From: Silvanigrellaceae bacterium
Lineage (GTDB): Bacteria; Bdellovibrionota_B; Oligoflexia; Silvanigrellales; Silvanigrellaceae
Length of the DNA: 15,354 bases
Direction of reading: 5' to 3'
Assembly (NCBI GenBank): GCA_049423385.1
Contig: JBMSQQ010000082.1
Span: 1 to 15,354 of the forward strand
Shown in pieces: positions 9,326 to 15,354 of this stretch; position 1 is the stretch's first letter; each line of letters begins with the position of its first letter. The notes beneath the pieces are model-generated. The model did not search any database. It saw nothing but the letters and a program-made list of their open reading frames with translations, and had not been told where the DNA came from. The position numbers were made by a program, and so were the translations under genes.

Positions 9326-10507
9326 TCAGTTATTCCATAATTTTGATTTGGGAGCCCAGAGCTCCTGAATAAATTCCCGCCAAGGATAAATCCAGATATT
9401 CTCGTTTTCGAGATATCGCGTTTTTGAGTCCTGTGAGACGACAATATACTTTCGGCAGATTTTTTCTTCCTGCAAGGCAAGCAAACCGCTCAAATGTTTT
9501 TTTTGCACATTGGCAGTCGATTTCACCTCAATGGCAACATTATTGATAATAAAGTCTGCTTCATACTCGCCCCTGAGACTGCGCCAGAAATTCAATTCAG
9601 AGCGAGGAGAATGATAATCACGCCAAGCGTTGAGCTCGAGAAAGATAAAGTGTTCAAAGAAGGTTCCGAAATCATCATTCGCTTCTGAAATCCTTGGAAG
9701 CTTTCGCAGAAATCGGACGATGCCCATATCGAAAAGATAAAATTTAGATGTCTCTGTCGCTTTGCGCTTAATGGTTTTTGTGAGTGGTGTGAGTTCAAAA
9801 CCAATCAGCGTATCTTTGAGAATCTGAAAATAATTTGTCACAGTCTGGCGAGACATCCCAGTGTCAGATGCTATGGAACTGTAATTGAGGACCTGCGTGT
9901 TGCAACACGCAGCGACCTCGAGAAATCGACTGAATGCAGGAATATTTCGAGACACCCCTTCGGCAGCAATTTCTTCCTGCAAATAGCGCCCAACATAAGC
10001 CGAGAGATCTTCATCCGGGAATTTTGACTGAATGATAACCGGAAGTGTCCCTCGGTAGGTTGCCTCCTCGAGGGAGAAATTGGGAATCTCGATTGCAGAG
10101 AACGGATGTAGATTTCGTGTCCGAGCCCTGCCACCAAGAAGATTGGTGCCCATGCGCTTGAGTTTGCGAGCGCTTGAGCCGGTCAACAGAAAGCGATTGC
10201 CCTTCTCCTCAATTTGCAGGTGAACGTCGTTGAGGATATCAGGTATCCTCTGAATTTCGTCGATCACAATCAAAGCGTTTTTTAATTTCAAGCCATTGAT
10301 AATCTCGTTCAAACGCCCCGGATTCCGGCTGTATTCGAAGTAAACAGACTGATCCAAAAGGTTGATCACAAGAGCGGGTTTCTCGCTGAGCTGATTTCGA
10401 ATGAATGAACTCTTGCCCGTTTGACGGGGACCAAAGAGGAAGCATGACTTGTCTGCCAAGAGCTCATCAAGCTCGAGCTGCCGCTTTATATATCTGTAAT
10501 CAAACAT
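9326..10507 (-). CDS. AAA+ ATPase (AAA_14) with C-terminal DUF4143 / PD-(D/E)xK-like region
   Basis: Walker A FGPRQTGKS, Walker B IVIDEIQ, LTGSS, LLGGRA, GTLP, a central HTH-like segment LNYSSIASDTGMSRQTVTNYF, KFYLFDMGI, FEHFIFLEL, and FWRS...EADFII...AIEVKS. ATG 10507 has GAGG upstream. Confidence 0.9.
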   Translation of the reverse strand: MFDYRYIKRQLELDELLADKSCFLFGPRQTGKSSFIRNQLSEKPALVINLLDQSVYFEYSRNPGRLNEIINGLKLKNALIVIDEIQRIPDILNDVHLQIEEKGNRFLLTGSSARKLKRMGTNLLGGRARTRNLHPFSAIEIPNFSLEEATYRGTLPVIIQSKFPDEDLSAYVGRYLQEEIAAEGVSRNIPAFSRFLEVAACCNTQVLNYSSIASDTGMSRQTVTNYFQILKDTLIGFELTPLTKTIKRKATETSKFYLFDMGIVRFLRKLPRISEANDDFGTFFEHFIFLELNAWRDYHSPRSELNFWRSLRGEYEADFIINNVAIEVKSTANVQKKHLSGLLALQEEKICRKYIVVSQDSKTRYLENENIWIYPWREFIQELWAPKSKLWNN

Positions 10508-10525
10508 TTTTTTACCTCAGCAAAC

Positions 10526-10581
10526 TATAATAGCAGATTTTCGGAAAATTCGCTATTTCAATTTGCAGAGACTGCAAATTG
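10526..10581 (-). promoter_or_regulatory. Extended -10 promoter and two palindromic operator-like sites upstream of the ATPase
   Basis: The minus strand has TGcTATTAT about 20 bp above the ATG. It is overlapped by the imperfect palindrome AATAGCAGATTTTC-G-GAAAATTCGCTATT (10529-10557, 12/14 paired). Adjacent is the perfect palindrome CAATTTGCAG-AGA-CTGCAAATTG (10559-10581). Confidence 0.55.
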
Positions 10582-10841
10582 GCTGCCTCGTGAGCGAGGA
10601 GCAGGAATGATACAACCCACTCCACCATTGGGAAACAACACTTTTTTACTCAATCTTGCTTCGTCGTGAGGTCATCTTCACAAGTGCCCCTCATCCCGAA
10701 GGCTGGTGTGCGGAATTGGCAAACCCCCTGCGCCTCAGATCGAACGGGAATCCGGTGAGGTCGACCGAAGAAGATGGAAAATTGAGGAAAAATACGGACA
10801 ACGACCTATGCAAAAGTGGGGTTCAGAGGGCCGGCTGAGTA

Positions 10842-10886
10842 GGCTTTTTCGGAAGGATTCAATGCGCAACGGGCTTAATTCGTCCT
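10842..10886 (+). repeat. Dispersed ~50-bp repeat, copy 2 (inverted relative to copies 1 and 3)
   Basis: GGCTTTTTCGGAAGGATTCAATGCGCAACGGGCTTAATTCGTCCT is 41/45 identical to the reverse complement of 15306-15350, and the first 21 nt are identical. Confidence 0.9.
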
Positions 10887-11016
10887 GGTCTCCTCATGGT
10901 TCGTATCAATTGGAACCAGAACAAATGGACGAACCCATTTGAAATTTTTTAAACCCGGAATGAGTGACATGTGGAGGTTTACCACCATTGCGAGTAAAGA
11001 GCGCTCATGCAGCAGC

Positions 11017-12462
11017 TCACTGTTTCATCAACAGCTGAAGCTCTGGATTAGTGTTGTAGCCAATACCATTGTAAATAAATGGATTCTCGCCGAACGCTCT
11101 CTTCAAGTACAGCTTGCCCGCAACCGATGCACAGGCTGCTGTTGGTTCGTTTAGTTTCACTTCCCAAATGAATGTTGAGTTAGAATTGGATACAATACCA
11201 AGAATCGAATAAAGCTCGATCTTTCTGGAAGTTCCTTTTTGAATTGTACAGGCTTTTGTCGTTGCCGAGGGGTCTGAATATAAATTCAAATCCCTCAGGG
11301 CAACTGCATAGTGAGTCGCGACGGGATAAACAAATTTGGCGTACGAGCAGTTATAATCAACTTTGCTTGTGGGGACATTCTCGACACGAATGTAATTGAG
11401 ATCATTGTCGACGAATTTTATAAGAGTAAAATATTCTGCCAAAATATCGGGTCTGCCCGCATATTTTTCTCCTGCCTTCAGGGTGGTGACAACCTTGTCA
11501 AAAAACTTGTGATCATGGTCTGATTTAAGTGTTGCAACACACATTCGGTTTGCATCCAGAACTCCCGTAAAAGCATACTTGACGAGAGCTTCTTCTATGA
11601 CTTTCGGATCAGTCGGAGCTTGGGTCGGGCTTGGCGTTGGATTTGCTGTTTGAGGCGCCACAATTGAGATGTCGAAATAGTCTTTTTGGCTTGAGTCTGT
11701 TCCATCAGACGTCCAGATCCATCCAAAAATTCTTCCAGTGGACTCAGTATTTGGTTCAAATTTTATGAAACATTTTGGCCATTGACCTGTGATTTCCGTC
11801 GACCTTACAATTCCTGTACCAACAGTTACTTCGGAGAAAATGGTTTGGGAGTTGCATGCTCCTGGAGGACTATCGGGATCAGAGACATCGAGCGAAACCA
11901 GTGGAACTGTACCAAGCGTTACTGTTTTGGGATATCTAACATAAATTGTCGGGGGCTCGTTTGAATGTTTTACTGTCACTGAAAAAGACCTTTTGAACTC
12001 TCGCTTGCCTTCACTTGCGCTAAATGTGATTTGCGTAGTTCCAGACTCACCGGGGTTGCCGCTGATGAAGGCCTTACAGCTGGGGCGTTGTTCAGAAATG
12101 AATAGTATTCTGCTCGAGCTCAATATTTTTTCATTGGAAGACTCGGCTTTCAAAATCTTTCTGCAATCATTTTCGCTTTTCAGCCCAAAAATATCGAACG
12201 ATAAAATTTTACGTCCCGCTGAATTGTTCGTCATCTCCATATCTGGAATTTCAGAAATTGTGAGAGCTTCACTGGTCTCCACAATGGCGTTTGCAGAGGT
12301 TTCACTGTCATTTGACGGAGTATCGCCTGTTGGCTCGTTGTTTTTTTGTTTCGGAGACGGCTTGTCGATCAGCTCGGTAATCGTTTGTTTTGAGCATGCA
12401 AACGTTAGGCATCCAGCTACCATCAACAAAGTTGTGGTTTTGAGATTACATCGACTAAACAT
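11017..12462 (-). CDS. Putative lipoprotein with two Ig/cadherin-like repeats, a Pro/Thr linker and an unknown Cys-containing C-terminal domain
   Basis: GGAGG RBS at 12472-12476. The signal peptide has candidate lipoboxes VAG-C18 and TFA-C23. Two beta-rich repeats are visible (LTISEIPD...AESSNEKIL...SGTTQITFSASEG...SFSVTV, and NEPPTI...VSDPDS...TSDG...FDISI). Linker APQTANPTPSPTQAPTDP. The CDS is solid, but the domain names are inferred. Confidence 0.75.
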   Translation of the reverse strand: MFSRCNLKTTTLLMVAGCLTFACSKQTITELIDKPSPKQKNNEPTGDTPSNDSETSANAIVETSEALTISEIPDMEMTNNSAGRKILSFDIFGLKSENDCRKILKAESSNEKILSSSRILFISEQRPSCKAFISGNPGESGTTQITFSASEGKREFKRSFSVTVKHSNEPPTIYVRYPKTVTLGTVPLVSLDVSDPDSPPGACNSQTIFSEVTVGTGIVRSTEITGQWPKCFIKFEPNTESTGRIFGWIWTSDGTDSSQKDYFDISIVAPQTANPTPSPTQAPTDPKVIEEALVKYAFTGVLDANRMCVATLKSDHDHKFFDKVVTTLKAGEKYAGRPDILAEYFTLIKFVDNDLNYIRVENVPTSKVDYNCSYAKFVYPVATHYAVALRDLNLYSDPSATTKACTIQKGTSRKIELYSILGIVSNSNSTFIWEVKLNEPTAACASVAGKLYLKRAFGENPFIYNGIGYNTNPELQLLMKQ

Positions 12463-12487
12463 GCTCGGAAACCTCCAGATTTCCTGT

Positions 12488-12515
12488 CGATCGGAAAAAA
12501 GACTATCTGACTTTA
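12488..12515 (-). promoter_or_regulatory. Putative sigma28/FliA-type promoter of the 481-aa lipoprotein gene
   Basis: Minus strand reads TAAAG-N15-TCCGATCG, ending 25 bp above the ATG. It resembles the sigma28 consensus TAAAG...GCCGATAA. Confidence 0.55.
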
Positions 12516-12626
12516 CGAATTTGTAATTACCAAGTGAAAATGTCAGGGGTTATCTCCCAAGCGATTACGTCAGTACCCGGGGTTTAGACTGTCTCCTTTC
12601 AAGGAATGGGGAGGGGCCGGCTGTCT

Positions 12627-12905
12627 TTATTCGGGCCGACCGTGGTCCACATCTGCTCCTGTCCAATCCCTACCAAGATGACCGCTGTCGAGAAGTGACC
12701 GGGAGCGGGCTGGTGCAATGGGAGGCGCGCGCACGGGAAGACCCAAGGCACGCAGGGTGGTTGCGATGGTGGGCGGGTCAAACACCACAGCCACAAGCTT
12801 CATGCGTCCACCGCATTTGTCACACTTGAGAACATCGATTTTGAATGTGCGCTTGAGAAGCTGAGCCCAGGGGATGCGTTTTCTTTTGCGCGGTTTCTGT
12901 TTTTG
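12627..12905 (-). pseudogene. 3' remnant of an IS91/ISCR-family (Y2, rolling-circle) transposase
   Basis: RKRKRIPWAQLLKRTFKIDVLKCDKCGGRMKLVAVVFDPPTIATTLRALGLPVRAPPIAPARS matches the WAxLLKRVF.ID...CxxCGG.M......DP..I..IL..LGLP..APP..PAR C-terminus of IS91-like transposases. The catalytic HUH/Y2 part is absent. The segment is visibly more GC-rich than its flanks. Confidence 0.85.
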
Positions 12906-13122
12906 GAGACTGAAGGTACATACAAAATCTTCGGAAGCTTCTTTCCAGAAAGTGACTTCAGAAGCTCCGCATCTCGAGCGCCTGTGAGTGTAAAAGATTG
13001 GTCGCTGTGGAGAATGAGCTTCGGAACCGGATTTGACACGGGATCTCCTGCGAAATTGAGTCAGAGAGTCAGCTGGATTGTTCTTGACGAGTGAGTTTCT
13101 TTCCATGCCGCAACAAAATTGC

Positions 13123-14874
13123 TCATTTACAAAGTTGTTTGACGGCTTGAAAGCCGGTGTATTGCGTACCACAGTTATAAAAATTTTTGATGCAGTAATC
13201 CACAACTGCTCCACTCTTCCCACATTCGGGTATGAAGTCCAACCAACCATCTTTTTTTATGCAACTCAGGCTTGGCAAGTCGAAGGTGCAGGAACCTAAT
13301 TCGGGCAGGTTCTTCTCCACTTTTCCATCGCAATTCCAGTCGAAGCTTCCATCACTTCTGGCATTGCCGGAAAACCCTGCATTACGATGCACAAAGCGAT
13401 TGCATGGTACGCAGTCGGTGGAGTCGGGATCGCCATCGCCATCACTGTCAACGTCTGGCGAGTTGGTGGGTTGACAAGCTGGTGTCTGGGCGGCCGTGGT
13501 GTAAATGTATGCAGCATTTAAGGTATCGAGAGTGGCGATGATGTCGTCGAGAACAACCACTTCCTTCCCAAAAAATGACCCCGCCATGTTAACGGGTGCC
13601 TTAATAAAGGCTTCTTGGTGCCATACCGATTCGTGTTCTCGAAAGATATAGATGGCCCCAGAGTTCTTCTTTTCGCTGTCATTGGTGGGGAAATTCTGCT
13701 GGAAAATTCCCGAGTGACGGCTCGATTCGAACTGGGCACCGATCACCAAGGTTGTTCCGTCGAACCACATCGTCGTACCAAAGTTGATATTGTCGCCGTA
13801 GTTCAGTGGCTTCAATCGTGCGGCAAGTATCCACTGTGAAGTATCCTTCTTGAAAATATAGACTGCGCCCGACTGCGGTTTGTCGACTTCAGAATTGAGG
13901 GCTTCAGTTGAGTTTGGCAATTTTGGGCCGTAGTTGTCATGTGGTGCCGAAACAACAAGCGTTTTCTCCGAAAGCTGAACTCGAAAGCCAAATCTGGTGT
14001 TGGCAAGATGTTTTGCCGGCGACTCAATGACCGATTGTTGTTTCCAACTGTCATCGGTCTTTTCATAGAGAATAATTTTTTCGCTCATTGCCACTGCAAG
14101 GGTATTCCCTGTCATTGCGATATCAAGAAATTCCTCGCGGTCCTGCTGTTCAATGGCTTGTTCGAATGTCCAGACGTTGTTTGCAAGTTTGTAAATGTGA
14201 ATACTCTTTCTTGCGATGAGCGCGTCGTTGACACTCTCAATGCGTCTGAACGAAACGGCAATATATTCAGATGATCGCGCAAAGCCCATGATGTATGCAG
14301 ACTGAAGAGCGGAATATTGCTGCGCAGGTTCAATTCTTCCGACTGTGGCGAGGCCGCCTAACCCATCAGGCTTGAAAATTTGCAAGGACATGGTGTCATC
14401 GCGAATGACAGCCGCTACTTCGTCAGCCGCCAGCGACAAAGTTCTCTCCCAATTACTTGTAGCTTTTGAAAGGAAGTATCGCTTGATCCATTTCTTTACT
14501 GTCTGGCCTGCGATGTTGAGTTCGTCGGATCGCTCCCAGATTTGGATGCCTGAACCAGAAAAGTCTGAGAATCCAATCCGATTCTTGCTCACTGCCGAAA
14601 TTCTCGAATAGCCAGAGCTGTTGTTCTCTGGAATCGTTGCTTCAAGACTCCACACTCGTGGCGCAAACAGTGAGTTGTCCGCGGATGTTTCCTGATTGGG
14701 TGCAATGAGCGGCTCTTTGGACTCCGCAGGAACGGTTTCCTCGGGGCCGATATTCGATCGATCTGTTTTCCCTTGGCACGAATTGAGTCCCATCACGACG
14801 AGTGCACCAAGAGCTGCTGGAGTCAGGAGGTATCTGTTCAGCGATTTGACCCACGGTAAGAAACTTCCTGACAT
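13123..14874 (-). CDS. Putative lipoprotein with FG-GAP (integrin-alpha-like beta-propeller) repeats and a Cys-rich C-terminus
   Basis: ATG 14874 has GGAG 6 nt upstream (the track start 14892 is the alternative). Signal peptide ends LNS-C. Repeats RFGFRVQLSEKTLVVSAP...SGAVYIF...W, NFGTTMWFDGTTLVIGA...SGAIYIF...W, and FFGKEVVV. The tail contains DSDGDGD..DC...VH..A...D.NCDG and has 10 Cys. Confidence 0.82.
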   Translation of the reverse strand: MSGSFLPWVKSLNRYLLTPAALGALVVMGLNSCQGKTDRSNIGPEETVPAESKEPLIAPNQETSADNSLFAPRVWSLEATIPENNSSGYSRISAVSKNRIGFSDFSGSGIQIWERSDELNIAGQTVKKWIKRYFLSKATSNWERTLSLAADEVAAVIRDDTMSLQIFKPDGLGGLATVGRIEPAQQYSALQSAYIMGFARSSEYIAVSFRRIESVNDALIARKSIHIYKLANNVWTFEQAIEQQDREEFLDIAMTGNTLAVAMSEKIILYEKTDDSWKQQSVIESPAKHLANTRFGFRVQLSEKTLVVSAPHDNYGPKLPNSTEALNSEVDKPQSGAVYIFKKDTSQWILAARLKPLNYGDNINFGTTMWFDGTTLVIGAQFESSRHSGIFQQNFPTNDSEKKNSGAIYIFREHESVWHQEAFIKAPVNMAGSFFGKEVVVLDDIIATLDTLNAAYIYTTAAQTPACQPTNSPDVDSDGDGDPDSTDCVPCNRFVHRNAGFSGNARSDGSFDWNCDGKVEKNLPELGSCTFDLPSLSCIKKDGWLDFIPECGKSGAVVDYCIKNFYNCGTQYTGFQAVKQLCK

Positions 14875-14933
14875 CCAACACTCCAAGTTCATTTGGAAGG
14901 GTCAGTTCATCTGAAACCCCACTTCCTGATTGG

Positions 14934-14961
14934 CTATCGACCTACCCGTTACGAACCTTGA
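14934..14961 (-). promoter_or_regulatory. Putative sigma28/FliA-type promoter of the FG-GAP lipoprotein gene
   Basis: Minus strand reads TCAAG-N15-GTCGATAG, with the same spacer as the motif at 12488-12515. Confidence 0.6.
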
Positions 14962-15297
14962 GGTGCCCCAGAAAAGAGGCAAAATCCTGTCTTTTTATGG
15001 GAAATTTCCTCGTATGGGGTGAGTCCAATTCGGATCGGCTTGTCAATACAAGTTCCCAAAGTCTGTGGATGGTTGGGGTCGAGATGGTGGAGAGGGATTC
15101 CCCTGGACGGTTTAAAGGGGGCACCTCCATTATACTGACAGTGATGAATCTTGGCAGGCTGGTTTGCTACAATTGGGGCTGTGCCCTGAATCGATGACTT
15201 TTGATGCAAAGGTGTAACCCAGGGAACTTTTGAAAGGCCACTTTGGGCAAGGCAAAACAGCCACAATGAATTTTAGAGTTTCACACTTCATGAATTC

Positions 15298-15350
15298 TTG
15301 GGTCTAGGCCGAATTAGGCCCATTGCGCGTTGAATCCTTCCGAAAAAGCC
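15298..15350 (-). repeat. Dispersed ~50-bp repeat, copy 3
   Basis: Minus strand reads GGCTTTTTCGGAAGGATTCAACGCGCAATGGGCCTAATTCGGCCTAGACCCAA. It is direct relative to copy 1 and inverted relative to copy 2. Confidence 0.9.
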
Positions 15351-15354
15351 ACCT

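Noticed and set aside
9261..9335. Possible integron attC site at the ATPase 3' end (minus strand AATAAC...TCAAGCC...GTTAGCA)
   Set aside because: AAC and GTT ends are present, but the inner arms are not complementary. No similar site follows the other genes, and no integrase is in the window.
10656..10840. Small ORFs (10656..10838, 10706..10942) and an IS-end-like GGGGTTCAGAGGGCCGGC
   Set aside because: No recognisable protein motif or RBS, and the resemblance to an IS end is too weak to call without a database search.
12627..13250. The 207-aa ORF as an intact gene
   Set aside because: Its 5' part overlaps the FG-GAP gene in another frame and is not transposase-like. Only the last ~90 codons are homologous, so it is called a remnant.
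14960..15127. 10-bp inverted repeat GAGGTGCCCC (14960-14969) / GGGGCACCTC (15118-15127) resembling IS5-type ends
   Set aside because: It is short, oriented outward for IS ends, and has no transposase remnant or target duplication, so it could be chance.
9193..15350. The ~50-bp repeats as a CRISPR array or REP sequences
   Set aside because: Copies are kilobases apart and in mixed orientation, with no spacers or cas genes. Internal palindromy is weak, and the GTAG tetranucleotide occurs only at copy 2.

Overview
Bacterial window in two parts. The first (1-9056) is a housekeeping block: a 5' fragment of an amidinotransferase/DDAH-family gene on the minus strand (missed by the ORF track), then on the plus strand an RlmI-like SAM methyltransferase, two translationally coupled GT4 glycosyltransferases, typA/bipA with an intrinsic terminator, and mutS. 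The second (9057-15354) is an accessory region with all genes on the minus strand: an AAA_14/DUF4143-type ATPase with stacked upstream palindromes, a lipoprotein with Ig/cadherin-like repeats, the 3' remnant of an IS91/ISCR-family transposase, and an FG-GAP-repeat lipoprotein with a Cys-rich tail. Two non-coding signals stand out. A 45-53 bp ungapped repeat occurs three times in alternating orientation (9193-9245, 10842-10886, 15298-15350) and brackets the ATPase module and the two-lipoprotein module. Both lipoprotein genes also carry a sigma28/FliA-like promoter with an identical 15-bp spacer. No rRNA, tRNA or CRISPR array was seen. The lipoprotein style and FliA-like promoters suggest a Bdellovibrionota/Oligoflexia-like host, but that is inference only. 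All family assignments come from motif recognition by eye, not from database searches.
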